A stretch of 64,000 nt of DNA from Tubiluchus corallicola (GCA_030141605.1 JAQGDQ010000235.1:1-64000), one strand, 5' to 3'. Counted from the first letter of the stretch, positions 12,801 through 25,502 are shown. Program-made: numbers and translations. The notes: generated by a model not told the origin, from the sequence alone.

Positions 12801-15288
12801 ACCAACCAGAGAATACTGCTCTGTATCCCAGTCGCTGATTGGCTCAAGTACCGTGCAATTTCTTTTCTTGTACGCTATCTGTGAAATTTCCGTTAGAGAC
12901 TGAATTTATTCAAGCCCTGAACGATGTCACCCAAATGTGTAAGTATTAAATAAGTATAGAGTCCTTACTTCGTGGAAATTCACTGTACTTTCTGTAAATG
13001 TTAACTAATGAATTACTCGTGTTTTGAAACAACTATCTGAGTTCCTATATTCTTGATAACCAGTTGTATAAATCTGTTCTCAACTAAATTGTATTTGTTG
13101 CACAGAAAAAAAAAACACCCTCCGTTGAACGGGCTATCTATCCATGGCTGGCACCGCTCCTGGCCAAATTCCCGTTCTTCAGAAATAAGAGGTATGAGTT
13201 TTGCAAAAAATGGCCATTTTTGGGGTTTTTTCGCCCCCTGTTCATCCCAGTGGGCCCGATTCGAAAAATAAACCCCCAATGGCACGACACTAGATGGAGA
13301 CTTTTCGTTTGATGTATAAATCGCCGCAAATGGTGCCGTCGTCGAAGCTGTGGTCTCGAATCTTATATATATATATATACAGTCGACCCTCGTTAAACCG
13401 GACCCCGTTAGCCCAGATATCGGATAAGACGGACGTTGTCCGTGGTAAAGGAAACTGACTGATTTCTGTCGGAGCCCGAGCGCTAAACACAACACAGCCT
13501 ACCAACTGTACAATAATTTCTTCATCCTCACAGGTTAACTATTTTAAAGTAATATACAGTATAGTATATAGTGCACAGTATATAGTGCAATGTATATAGG
13601 CCTTATTAAAGTGATTATTCCTGTATAATATAGACCATATATAGGCATGTCATATAAATCGGACAATCGGCTAAACAACCGGACCCCCCCCCCCAATTAG
13701 TCCGGTTTAACGAGGGTTGACTGTACCATTGAAATTAACATATAGGATGCTTAAAACTATTTAGCAACACAAGAACAAATGGTGAGATAAAAATATCACA
13801 AACATTGTCAATTAGCCATTGCCTCTGACTTCCCAAGTGGCTGACATCTTTTCTGCTTTCCTCTAGAAACATTTGTACTGGGATACCAACCTACAGAAAA
13901 GAAATTGATAATATACAAATGAAAGCCACAGAAGGTATTAAATCTGTATGAAACGTAGGGTGAAAACGATTAAGTGTATTAATCTCTTACCGTCTATAGA
14001 AATGTCCTATAAAAATGCGTAGAAACAAAATACATGAATCGTTATTTTGCTAAAGAGTAAAATATGTTTTGTGCTTGAACAAAAAGCAATTTCACGGTTT
14101 TGTTATGAGCACGTGCAGTCGCTGTAGGTCAAAGGTTAAGTGTGCCGCAGCAACGCGTCTTGACTACAACCGTCACTGATGTGTGTAAAGCAAAGCCGTC
14201 TGCCGTATCAGTTCAGCAACTTCAGTTATTCTAAGTGGACTTTACTTAGTAATGCATTAGTCCGTGCCTAGAGTGATTTACTAGCAGGATCTTGCTTGGA
14301 AACAAGAAAAAATGAACTAGGTAAGGTTCTAGCTAGAAGTTAAAACTGTTACTATTACAATAGCATAGGTGAAAGGTTAAGTGTACTACAGTAATGCATC
14401 TTAAGTACAACAGTCACATGACATGTTGGTAAAGCAAAGTTATCTGCCGCATCAGTTTAGTAATTTCAGTCGTTTTCATGGACTTTAATTATGCATTAGC
14501 CTGTGCGTAGAGTGATTTACTATTACAATAGCTTGGACTGAGAGGCATTGTCAGGTGTACACAAATCCGTTGTCTGGTACATTTAACCTTTGACTTTTTC
14601 ACGATCATCATCAATCGCTATAACTGGCTTATTGTATAAACAAAACTATTATGTTAAAACACGAAGGCTATATGAAGATTTATTTTAATGAAAAACATAA
14701 TGTACCGAATGAGTTAAAGACGTACAATTTAGCAGTACTTACGAAATCGTACGGATTCTCCTCGCACGGTACGGCGTAACCGTACATGTGCAACAATTCG
14801 GAGTTACTTTTTTCACCGTAAGTATTGAAGATTTCCGCTCCCTATAATAAGATACGTAGCGTCCGAGTGAGTTTTGAGAAACACAGCTACAGGGCGACAT
14901 TACAAACGAAGTGTAAACAAGATTTTGTGTGTGTAAAAATTAGAACTGCAGGCCTCTAGATCAGGGAGTATTGATCCTTCATAGAATCCTTGATCTCTCG
15001 TCGGTGATAATATTTACAGTCAACGATAATAGCTCTTTGAGCTAATGTTACATGTTGACCCAAACGCGACTTTAAATAAAGATTATTATTATTATTATTA
15101 TTATCATTATTATTATTATGATCATCATCATTATTATGATCATCATCATTATTATTATCGTCGTCGTCGTCGTCCTCATCGTCATTATCATCATCATCAT
15201 TATCATTATCATCATCATTATTATTATTATTATCATTATTATTATTATTATCATCATCATCATCATCATCATCATCATTATTATCATA

Positions 15289-15356
<68 letters not shown>

Positions 15357-18300
15357 CATTATTATCATCATCATCATCATCATCAACATCATCATCATCA
15401 TCATTATTAGCATTGACACCCAAGCATGTACACAAAAATCAATAAATATTGATAACAATTAAGTGACTGTGCAATTTCCATACACAGCAGTAAGCGAAAC
15501 TGAATACCAAGGCTACTTAGTTATTCTGTTCATGCTACATCACATAATTACACATTAACATTTTTACCGACGCAATTTATGATAGAAGATTTCACACTAT
15601 GATACATGCCTTAGCAATTGTACAACCTTGTTTCACGACCATTGTCAATCTTTCCTTCCCAAACTGCAAGTTTGCATTGTTGTTTGGTACAGCGTTAAGC
15701 ATGTCGGCCATGGGTACCATCAACTGAACACACACCTGCGCTTCATCGTCATCGTCGTCGTCATCATCACCATCATCATCGCCATTGCTTTCGATGGGTT
15801 CGGTAAAACTGTAAGCCATGACGAATGCAACCATCTTTTTGTAAAATTCAAAGCTTTTGGCTGTATCACTAAAAGAAAGAAAGATATGTCATCAGAGTAT
15901 TTCAAAAGAGCAGTGGCGCCTCGTGCATAGGTACTGCGGAACTGCAGTGCCCCCTATTTTCACTCGATATTATTCGATATAATAAGTCTTTTTTCTTTAG
16001 TGCATTATTTATACTTGTACAGAAGCAGAGCATGTGAGGGTAGTACTGTTTGCTTCACAGTCCAGCAGAGTGCGCTCCAGCAATGCAGTGTTTGGCTGTT
16101 GTGCAAATGCAGCCATGCACACGTGTCTGAGTTCAGGTAGAAAAAGTACTGTCCCACACACAGTTTGTTGTCAGTTGTCATGTGCTTACTATGAATAGAT
16201 CAAGGTTGAACTGCGACAATTAAGCTATTAGTTAGCAAAAAATATTTTTTGTTTAGGATTTCATCAAGTTATGCTTGTTTGTTTAAAATTAAGATTACAA
16301 ATTACAACATCAAAATTACGTGTGCGTTTCATTTTACATAGTATTAAAACAATGGCTAAAAATTTTCTGAAGCAGCACCACTACTAATTTTTGCTATGAG
16401 CCGCCATTGCAAAAGAGCTGCTAATTAAAAACAATCTCTGCGTTATTAATTGCTCAATTACATGAGATGTGCATCAGATTTATTAACAAAAGCTCAAGAT
16501 CGCATGCAATAAAACCTATTTGAAATGACTTGGTTTTATTTAGAAAATACCTACCCACTGTGCACAAAGTAGTTCAGAAAACAACAGTGACATCATCAAA
16601 TACTGTGCACAAAGTAGTTCAGAAAACAACAGTGACATCATCAAAGACTGTGCACAATGTGTTGGGTTTACTGTGCACAAAGTAGTTCAGAAAACAACGG
16701 TGACATCATCCAATACTGTGCACAAAGTAGTTCAGAAAACAACAGTAACATCATCAAATACTGTGCACAAAGTAGTTCAGAAAACAATAGTGACATCATC
16801 AAATACTGTGCACAAATTAGTTCAGAAAACAACAGTGACATCATCAAAGACTGTGCACAATGTAGTTCAGAAAACAACAGCGACATCATCAAATACTGTG
16901 CACAAAGTAGTTCAGAAAACAACGGTGACATCATCCAATACTGTGCACAAAGTAGTTCAGAAAACAACAGTAACATCATCAAATACTGTGCACAAAGTAG
17001 TTCAGAAAACAACAGTGACATCATCAAATACTGTGCACAAAGTAGTTCAGAAAACAAGAGTGACATCTTCAAATACTGTGCACAAAGTAGTTCAGAAAAC
17101 AACAGTGACATCATCAAATACTGTGCACAAAGTAGTTCAGAAAACAAGAGTGACATCTTCAAATACTGTGCACAAAGTAGTTCAGAAAACAACAGTGACA
17201 TCTTCAAATACTGTGCACAAAGTAGTTCAGAAAACAACAGTGACATCATCAAATACTGTGCACAAAGTAGTTCAGAAAACAACAGTGACATCATCAAATA
17301 CTGTGCACGAGTTTTTTAAGCCGCAATTCAAAAACGCTAACTATCACATTTCAATGCCGGGGAAAACTTGATAAACTCGAATCATTTCTTGAATTTGAAA
17401 CGAATTCGGCAGACCGATTTAACCAAAATATTTCACAACTCTTAACAACACTATACAACGAACGTGAATTCAATGCAGCACGGCACAATAACAAAGATTA
17501 GCGCATAATACCTTTAATTAACTATGACCGTGACTGCCACTTTTTTTTACAAACTATTGTAGTTCATTTGGTTTACAAAAAAATACTGCCGATCACAGCC
17601 ATAATTAATTAACGATATTGTTAGTTGTTAGAGCTAATATGAAAAGGTACTTATACCAGATACATTCCCTACTGTCACAAGTACAGGTGGCGCTGCTGGA
17701 TCATTTCACTGATTTAATTTAATATTTTATTTCAAACTTTACAAAGTCCATATAAACATCACAAATTAATAGAAAAAATACAAGACACACAATCATAACA
17801 TAAATAACAGTATAACAAACTACGACAATGACGTCTAGCTCTTAGGCTCTCTCTCTCTTGCTGGGCTGGTAGCTTGGGTAGTAGAGCATGAAAGTACTAA
17901 TCCCAGGTCTTGGGTTCAATTCCTGACTAGTCCACAATTTTTCGGCATCTTTTTTCTCCCTTTCATTACCCGCAATGGGTAATAATTGGTAAAAGAAACC
18001 GTGATGATTTATGAAAATATTGGCAATCAAGGTCATAATTAATGAACGATATTGTTAGTTGGCAGCTGAATTGGGAAAGTATTGGTATCACGCACAAAAT
18101 GCGTTTAGATAAACGAACTCTTCGTAGTTAGCCTCGGTGTGAATAGGCTACTCCGGTTAAATCTTGTCTTCCGAAAGTTACCTGCGCAACGCACCTGGTT
18201 AACGAACTCACCTGTAGTAGCTGCCGTGTTTATTAACAAACGGGAGAATGACGTCACGAAAGTTACCTGCGCAACGCACCTGGTTAACGAACTCACCTGT

Positions 18301-21300
18301 AGTAGCTGCCGTGTTTATTAACAAACGGGAGAATGACGTCACGAAAGTTACCTGCGCAACGCACCTGGTTAACGAACTCACCTGTAGTAGCTGCTGTGTT
18401 TATTAACAAACGGGAGAATGACATCACGAAAGTCGGTGCGCATATTTTTCAGGTCACTTCTGGTGGCTTCCGGGATACCTGTACCTTGTAGCTCTGCCTC
18501 TAGCACCTGTCTGAAAACATAAACCATCTGATAGACTCTGTAGAGCTATCTTCTGTGCTGTGTAACAAACTGAATTGAGTTGAATTGAACTTATTGACTA
18601 GCAGGGATACAGCATATTAATAATAGCACTAGCAAAGGCCCTGCAAAAAATTTTGCATATAAATACACTCATACGTAAAAATACGAGAACATCCTACCAT
18701 AGTCCTCATTTATAACGCAAAGCCAGTAGCAACTTTTACTGAATTAAAGTTATAGGCAGAGAATAATGGATGACGTCAGTTGGAAAAATCGTGAGTTGGG
18801 TCCAGGAAAACGTCCGTTGCAGGACGCCGTGGTCCTCTCGCAAATTCTAAATATGGCTACTACACCTACAGCTGAACTGGCTATCTATCCATGACCAGCA
18901 CCACCCCCGGCCCATTCCTGTTCTCCAGAAATAAGAAATATAAGTTTTGCAAAAAACGGCTGAAAATGGCCATTTTTGGAGGTTTTTCGCCCCCCGTTCC
19001 GCCCGGATTCGAAAAATAAACCATCAATGGCACGACACTAGATCGAGACCTTTCGTTTGACGTATAGATCGCCGCAAATGGTGCCCTCGTCGAAGCTGTA
19101 GCCTCGAATCTTATATATAGATATATTAAGCCCATACCAGCGAAATTAATATATACGATAGGTAATGATGAGTCTAAAATGGTTGCACAGACATAAACAC
19201 AGGTTTACAATGAAAATAAGTGATTACTACAAAATCAGTATGAACTTTGAACTGAGAGGTACAGCACCTATTTTTGTGCAATGCATTTCCAAAATACAGG
19301 CGCTAGTGCCCGTCTAACTAGCAAATAGCGAAGTGCAAGTAACAGCAAAGAACTAGTGGCACGAACCCAAAATTGTGTTTGTGTGGTAACAAACCTTTCA
19401 CGTAAGTCATGCTTGAAAAAATAGTATGTTTCCTTTCAATATTTGAAAGAGTAGATTGTTTTGACCTACACTTTAAGATTGGGTCCGGTTTTGCTTTAAG
19501 AGAGATTTTAAAACTAGCATGTGAGCTACAACAGAAAACAAAAACGGTTTTACTCACGGGTCCCAAAACATGGGCAGATCAAGCTGACTCAAGTCAACTA
19601 TATTAAAATATGGCGTCCATTTTGAATCCACCTTCGTGTACTCGTGCATTAGAGTGAGCAGTAATGGGATCCAGGTATTGCGTTTCCGCGCTCTGGAAAC
19701 ATCCACGTCTGAAACCAGCCGAGATGCTTCAAAGTTAGATGCAATCATGATACTAGATTAGATTAGATTAGATTAGATTAGATTCGTCTCATTCAAAGTT
19801 ACACATATAATAATATACAATGTTTCTTTAAAGGAAAACTGGATGATTATGTAAACACGGGTTCAGAATAAAGAATGTTCTAAAATATTGAAAACTACAA
19901 TAGCTTTTTTAAATCAAAGCTTAGATTAAATACTAATTATTATTTATAATAATAATCGGATACTCAAATTTCGTTAAACTTTCAAAGTTATGCGCGGCTC
20001 AGTGAATCTACTAAGATTGGCATCGGTGCCTTTTTGTCACATTTGCGTTGCTGATAAATAGAAGGCGGTACCGTGATAACCATGACCATGAACTGCAGTG
20101 TTAGTTTCTGACGTCATATGATGTAGAGCCCATTTTTTGTGACATCACGCGACTTATGCAAATGTGCTTGACATGCAAGGGAAGATGCCTGCCATTGCAC
20201 AAACTGTGGTTAGTTTCTGACGTAAGTAGTAGCTGTGTTCGGTTGCCGTTAATTAAGTTTCTAAGCTAAATATTCAAATATAAGAAACAATTGCTAACTT
20301 TTATAGGCAAGAAAATGTATATTTTGGACAGTAAATTAAAATGAGATTGAGGCTAAACAATCGTCCGGTTTTCCTTTAAGATGATAAATGCTACATTGAG
20401 ACGGGGTGGTGAAAGAAAAGAGGTCACCTAGCCACCCCAATTTGTACGACATTAATATGTATTTAGTTAATCGTCTGACACGGTTAGCAGCTTGTTACTG
20501 ACAAGTTTAATTATAAATATTATAAATTTATAATAAAAATTGTGTTAGTATTTTTACTGTCGATGCCAGAAACAGTTAATTTAGTTTAGCTTTATTTTTA
20601 ACGCTACTAGAATAGGAACTCTCCTAGTTATTGTTCAAGTTACCCGAATTTATCAGCTCAGTCGTGAATGAGGTGTTCGGATCTAGCACAACCTCACGAG
20701 TAATTGTAAACAACACATCTCCTTCCGACAGCTGCTCATTGGCTATTATCCCGTAGTTGCTACAAGAGTCGATTGCGCTAACGTCAACCTGCAAAATAAA
20801 GTAGTTTTCAAAGTAGTCAATTCGTTTTAGCGACTTTACTCAAATGACGTATAATAATAGGAATCAGTGGCGGGTAGTGTACAGGGTGGGGGCGAGCAAC
20901 GAATGTTTGAATTAAACTCGAGCATTTGAATATGATTTGAACGAGTTTTTTTAGTTCCAATTCGATAGATTCCAAAATTATAGATTCGAATAATTCAGCA
21001 CATTAGCTACATACGTTCTTTATCATTAAAATGTTTGAAACGTCATACAATTAGTGCAGTTTAGCTGCAGTTTCTGTGCAAAATTTTTAACAAACTAATA
21101 GTGGTTTTACTGCAGAACAAAATCAAGTAATGCATGATCCTCGTAAGGCCACTTTTTACTAGTGGTTCGAAAACTTGCTCAGAAACATTTCGAACTCAAT
21201 TCGAATGGGATTCAGATTCGAAATACTGGAATTCGGTTCGATTCAAATTTCAAAGTCACAAATTCGATTCGAATTAGTTTTCCGGTGGAGAACGCTCACC

Positions 21301-22533
21301 CCTAGTATAAGCAATGCGGAACTGCAGCACCGCCTATTTTTGCTCGATATTATCGATAACATTCAATATAATGTAAATATAATTCTTTCTTTATACTTGT
21401 AAGCACTTGTAAAGCCTTGTATGGAACCAGAGCACGCGACGGCCATGTGTACTTCACAGTTCCAACAACGCGGTGTTTGGCTGTTGCACGCATGCAGCTA
21501 GGCACACATGTCCGAGATAAGAAGCTGCACGCTAGGTAGAGAAAGTACTGTTGCTCACGCAGTGCCAGCCCTGTTGTGCTAGTGTACGGGAGCATTTCTT
21601 TTTCACTTTTTATATGTTTCTTGATTTTATACGATGTTAAAACAATGGCTAAAAATTTTCTGAAGCAGCGCCCCCACTTATCTTAGCTACAAGCCGCCAC
21701 TAGCAGACGACACACTGCACGCCAGCTATAGAGAGCTGTGTGTTGTCAGTTGTCACGTGTTTAAAAACCGTGTACCAGCGTATTCTTGAATGTGATTGAG
21801 GGTAGAATTAGATTTTGACTAAAAATATTTGAGGTTATTATCAAGGATTTTTTTTAGGATTTTATCAAGTTTATGTATAAATTTTCGTATGCTTGCTTGT
21901 TAAAAATTACAATTACGAATTATAACACTAAAATTACATGTTTGTCTCGTTTAACACAGTATTAAAACAACAGCTAAAAATTTTCTGAAGCAGCAGTCCC
22001 AGCGGCTAAGCCCCGCAAAAACTGTTACGTACAAATACACTTATAATCAATAATACGTGAACATCCTACACAGTCCTCACTTATAATGCAAAGCCAGTAG
22101 CAGCTTTTACTGAATTAAAGTTATAAGTTTATAAGCAGAGTGTAATGGATGATGTCAGAACAATGGCTTTGCGTCAGCAGTTCTCCAAGCGAAAATTGCC
22201 AAAAATAGAACATCTAATTAACTCGTCATCACTCCTCTTGGTGGACCTGTCCTAAAATGTAGCCCACATCATTGTATAGCCCTGTTTTTCCTCTTTCTAA
22301 AGAGCTATAGGAACGTTTTTTCTACGAGTATTCTACGAGTACCCAGGAATGCGATGACAACGCTACAAAATAACCATGAAATTAAACTTGTCCGTTGCAT
22401 TGCAATACTTCACCTTGTTACTAAGGACAATCCCATGTTTTTTGCTCCAATCAAGAAAAGATTGTAGGTTGTCGTCAGGAGAGAATGTTTCTGTTCCTTC
22501 GTTACTGTGACAAACTTTCAACTTTTTGCTCAT
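6803..22533 (-). CDS. SETD6: N-lysine methyltransferase SETD6 (SET domain plus Rubisco-LSMT-like substrate-binding domain), 11 coding exons, 454 aa
   Basis: Exons (-): 22414-22533, 20644-20788, 19558-19708, 18382-18510, 15610-15868, 14743-14841, 13804-13890, 11719-11799, 10154-10238, 9244-9289, 6803-6965; total 1365 nt with consistent phases. Motifs: FLDW..HGIVLSNKV, WIPLLLTLMHEY...SKWTPYF...PMFW, LQGTG, VAFVMAYSF, MVPMADMLN, KGAEIFNTYG..SNSELLHMYGY, LS.RQKYSLYCRHGQ. Confidence 0.92.
7197..8600. repeat. 32-bp minisatellite (about 44 copies) in the last SETD6 intron
   Basis: Unit gcacatgagcttaatttatcgtgtgcggactt. Confidence 0.95.
8672..9040. mobile_element. Tc1/mariner-pogo-like MITE; related inverted copy at ~42657-43238
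   Basis: Starts ta|cagtaaactcc; the internal segments aagggttgaactttctgccttc.atttagctcgcc and ggaaaatggtca.c.tc.cctaa are shared with 42657-43238, which ends ggagtttactg|ta. Confidence 0.65.
9360..9540 (-). mobile_element. Degenerate SINE-like fragment with a 5S rRNA-related segment
   Basis: gtcacctatccatccgctgaccagtcttgctgcttcttaacttcggt resembles the reverse complement of the 5S internal control region; 9361-9403 is also similar to ~29967-30010. Confidence 0.4.
10279..10867 (+). mobile_element. hAT-like MITE, family A, long-TIR copy
   Basis: TIRs caatggcggctc...ggaactgcagcaccccctattttcac / gtgaaaatagggggtgctgtagttcc...gagctgccattg; body homologous to the copies at 15911, 20866, 56706 and 58112. 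Confidence 0.8.
11328..11578. repeat. 25-bp minisatellite (about 10 copies) with an internal inverted repeat
   Basis: Unit CTCCACagcaagGTGGAGttgttgt. Confidence 0.95.
11881..12600. repeat. 45-bp minisatellite (16 copies) formed from flanking DNA plus a MITE terminus
   Basis: Unit acacaaacaatggatattacagcta-cagtgttccctccctacttt. Confidence 0.95.
12581..12985 (+). mobile_element. Tigger/pogo-like MITE (degenerate right end)
   Basis: Starts ta|cagtgttccctcgctacttcgcg, identical to the left TIR of the 47973-48371 element. Confidence 0.7.
13130..13375 (-). mobile_element. Dispersed repeat, possibly a non-autonomous Helitron-type element; second copy at 18881-19125
   Basis: Two similar ~240-bp copies (ctatctatccatg...cgccgcaaatggtgcc.tcgtcgaagctgt...cgaatcttatatata). 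Confidence 0.65.
13380..13723. mobile_element. Tc1/mariner (Tigger-like) MITE
   Basis: TIR cagtcgaccctcgttaaaccgga / tccggtttaacgagggttgactg, flanked by TA on both sides. Confidence 0.9.
14110..14525. repeat. Two tandem degenerate copies of a dispersed repeat; related inverted copy at ~51765-52070
   Basis: aaaggttaagtgt...aaagcaaag...tctgccg.atcagtt.ag occurs twice; aactaggtaaggttctagctag appears inverted at ~51855. Confidence 0.6.
15080..15410. repeat. Compound trinucleotide microsatellite (ATT/ATC/GTC)n
   Basis: About 330 bp of triplet repeats in a SETD6 intron. Confidence 0.97.
15911..16409 (+). mobile_element. hAT MITE, family A, with a perfect 8-bp target-site duplication
   Basis: caaaagag|cagtggcgcctc...gagccgccattg|caaaagag. 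Confidence 0.92.
16557..17310. repeat. 45-bp minisatellite (about 16 copies)
   Basis: Unit actgtgcacaaagtagttcagaaaacaacagtgacatcatcaaat. Confidence 0.95.
17863..17934 (+). mobile_element. tRNA-derived SINE head or tRNA pseudogene
   Basis: Acceptor-like stem GGGCTGG/CTAGTCC, A-box tagcttgggtagtagagc, B-box ggttcaattcc; the anticodon arm does not pair, so it is not a functional tRNA. Confidence 0.7.
18172..18433 (-). repeat. 86-bp triplication spanning the 3' end of SETD6 coding exon 4 and its splice donor
   Basis: Three copies of cgaaagttacctgcgcaacgcacctggttaacgaactcac|ctgtagtagctgc.gtgtttattaacaaacgggagaatgac.tca. Confidence 0.95.
18881..19125 (-). mobile_element. Second copy of the 13130-13375 dispersed repeat
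   Basis: Direct sequence similarity over about 240 bp. Confidence 0.65.
19832..20375. mobile_element. Kolobok-like MITE (TTAA target site, AGG termini); inverted copy at 55242-55788
   Basis: ttaa|aggaaaactggatgatt...aatcgtccggttttcct|ttaa; the body matches the reverse complement of 55242-55788. Confidence 0.85.
20866..22000 (+). mobile_element. hAT family A copy interrupted by a nested TAGGG-type hAT MITE (~20887-21305)
   Basis: The cagtggcggg start resumes after ctcaccccta as ...tgcggaactgcagcaccgcctattttt; the nested element is homologous (inverted) to 25220-25502. Confidence 0.7.
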
Positions 22534-22969
22534 CTGTAATCTTTGACAACAGTTTTCACGCTTCCGTAATCATCTTGTTCGAACTAAAATCTGAAACAGC
22601 AAGTAAAAAATTAAAAATGCTAATTTAGCAAAAATTCTATCTAGTAGCTGGTACGTAATTTAAGTGATTGCTGCATGATTTCCAGTTTGAATTGCATTTG
22701 ATGCTATGCATTTACGAAAATACGAAAGTCCTTGAAAAATTTTTCTTTCAATATTACTAGTTCATGTAATTTTAAAACTGCTTTAAGACTGCCGTATTTA
22801 ATTGAAAACTAAATCACTTTAATTTTATAAACTTCCAAAAAAAATAACAAAATTCACCAAAAGAAGCAAATAAACTTTCACAGATCGAGTTCTGTCCTGT
22901 TGATCCTGTGGGAGGCAGAGTAACAGGGATTCGATAGTCACGAGGGCTCTCAACTCTCACAGCTACATA

Positions 22970-23260
22970 CAGTCAACCTCGTGTATAAGATACTCGCTTA
23001 TAAGGTACAGTCGCTCATAACCACCGGTCCAGATTTTTCGTAACGTTTTTTCTATGTAAAAATCTTTATATATAAGGTACTCGGATATAAGGGACTTTCG
23101 GTTATAAGGGACGATATCTTCAGGTCCCGCATAATAGAAACTCAGGTAAATTACCTCGCATATATAAGGGACCCTATGATCAAAGCGAAATTGATCGATT
23201 TTTAACCTCAATTTTTCGCAAACTCGGCTTTCAAACAGCTCAATTTCCGTGGTCACATAA
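22970..23260. mobile_element. Tigger/pogo-like MITE fragment
   Basis: ta|cagtcaacctcgtgtataag with repeated (t)ataaggga/ataaggta subterminal motifs. Confidence 0.6.
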
Positions 23261-23959
23261 ATCTCTCATCACTGAAGGAGTTTCCTACATACCGTTTGCA
23301 CTTAATGTGCAGCAATAATACATAAAAATATGGGTAAAAGTACAGAAAAGTACACGTCATACATGTGTATTTTGTTTCTTCAATTTACTTACATTTTTTA
23401 CTTACTGTGACACTTTTGCTCTTTTACCACTAACATTAGTGTATATTTAATAGGAGTTTCTAGACTAGAAGGCCGTATGGTTTGTCTGCCACACCGCCTC
23501 TGTAACCCTTTACTAAACTACATTTATACATATGTTAATATTACTAACACGAAACAGACAATTAAATAGAATTGAATTGAACATAGGTGATACCATCTGG
23601 CATCTGTGTCAGAATAGTGTATGATTTCCGAGGATTAACTTTAGTAACGAGATAAATTCTTCTCACTGTGGTAACACTAACAGCTTTGAGTAGGTCTGCC
23701 GTTAGATAGTGCAGAACTGAATTAAAATAGATGTTGGATAAATAAATAAGAAACTATAAAGTCAGACCTCAGTTTCTGTTCCATTTCACACTAAAGTTTA
23801 ATACTTCCACGTTATACAGTTTTCAAATTTCACATTAGAATTATTTATACCAAGAGGCAAGATTATCTACACCAGAGTGACCATACTGGGCATTTTTCGG
23901 AGATAAAACAGCACTAATGACCCAACTGAAGTAGAATGTATTCAATTTTCGTATGTGGA

Positions 23960-24195
23960 ACTTACCCCAGGAGTCTTCAAATTCGAAAAAATAACTTTTT
24001 AAAAAGTGGTTCAGAAAAATTTTGCGTGAATATTTCAGTCCACGTGCTTCACTGATTGGACTTTACAAGCAGATCTTTCAAAAGCAGTTCTGGAATTTCA
24101 AGTCATTTCAAGTCCGATATATTGTCCTACCATATCGTGCACTTTGTTCACTGTACAATGTTTACTCCATGACTGTGAATGTAGGGCGGGTCTAG
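23960..24195 (-). promoter_or_regulatory. Putative SETD6 promoter and non-coding first exon
   Basis: Minus-strand donor ggg|gtaagt at ~23965 could pair with the acceptor tttcag| at ~22591 upstream of the ATG; E-box cacgtg (~24040), CCAAT (~24055) and GC box gggcggg (~24184) lie nearby. Confidence 0.45.
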
Positions 24196-25219
24196 CGAAA
24201 AACGTAGTACCATACTCTTGGCTAATTTTAAGACTAGCAGAAAATAAGCATAGCCCTACTGATAATGGTTTGCAAACTAAAAATCCAATTCAATGAAACA
24301 AAATATTCACTGTATGTTAGCCTACTAGGTTAGTCAATGTCACTAAAACACTAACAGAACAATTATTCACAATTACTATGACAAATATGATCATTTTTAT
24401 TTAAAAGGTAAAAAAAGTTGTTTACTGTGGTGGTCTAATATTAAGGTTTAGCATCCTGCTTAGTAATCAAGGAGTATTGTGCAGTAATTATATTATTAAA
24501 ACTTTATCGTAATAACTTTTTTGGGAAAGTCAATTGCAGAGTTACCATTAACAAAAGTGCAAGTGTCAGAATGGCTGAGAGGAATGAAAGCTTCGATACG
24601 TTGCATGGGGAATCTTAGTTTTGTCAATATCATGTATCTATTTCCTCGTTAACGACAATGCTGTTTGTAAATTCAACAATCCAATTAAGCTTTGGTTGGA
24701 ACTGCGGAAGTGGTACTATCTGTTACAGTATTAGATTAGTCAACAGAACTCATGTTATTGTATCAGACAATTGTTAAACGGGTAAGCCTAGCTATTTTTA
24801 GTAGTACAGGTCTATTTAGTTGAATGTTCCAGTTATATTGTAAATACAGGGCAGTATCCCAAAATTTCCCTAAACTTTTTGATTAAAATGAATTCTGTTA
24901 TTAGCAAAATAGTTACAGTGCAATAACTTGAACTATGCCCAACATTAACAATGTAGTTTAACTGAAATTATATCATTTAGTTATGTGATGAGAAATTCTA
25001 ATTCTTGCATTTGAACAGGCAGGCAGTTTCAATATGGTGCAGTAAAACCTCAACCTTTTTTTTGAAATGCAATAACTGCCATGAACTAGATTCGACAAAA
25101 ATAGACATGTCTTCTCGAAGTAAAACAGAAAATTTAAAATTCAAGCAAAGCGATAATTATTATGCAAAGTAGGCCTTCACTTAGCTGCTATTTTCAAAAA
25201 AGGCTAATAATGTTAGTGG

Positions 25220-25502
25220 TAGGGGTGAGCATTCTCCACCAGAAATCGAATTTGAATCGAACCGAATTTCTGTATGTCGAATTTGAATTGAGTCTGAAAC
25301 AATGTCGAACACTCAGTTGCAGTCTTACAAAGATCATTGTATAGGCTCTATTACTTGATTCTGTTCAGCAATAAAACCACTAATAATTGGTTTAAAAATT
25401 GTGCACAGAAATCTGTACTAAACTGTGCTAATTGCGGTTTTAGGTTTGAATCGAATTGGAATTAAAAAAACTCATTGGAATCGAATTTGATCCTCACCCC
25501 TA
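25220..25502. mobile_element. hAT-like MITE (TAGGGGTGAG TIR)
   Basis: gttagtgg|taggggtgag...ctcaccccta|gttattgg; 8-bp TSD with one mismatch. Confidence 0.85.

Noticed and set aside
14956-15462. Poly-N/D/I/Y/H ORFs
   Set aside because: Trinucleotide microsatellite
16657-17371. Three overlapping repeat ORFs of more than 200 aa
   Set aside because: 45-bp minisatellite; being open in several frames indicates a non-coding repeat
17863-17934. Functional tRNA gene
   Set aside because: The anticodon stem does not pair; better read as a SINE head or pseudogene
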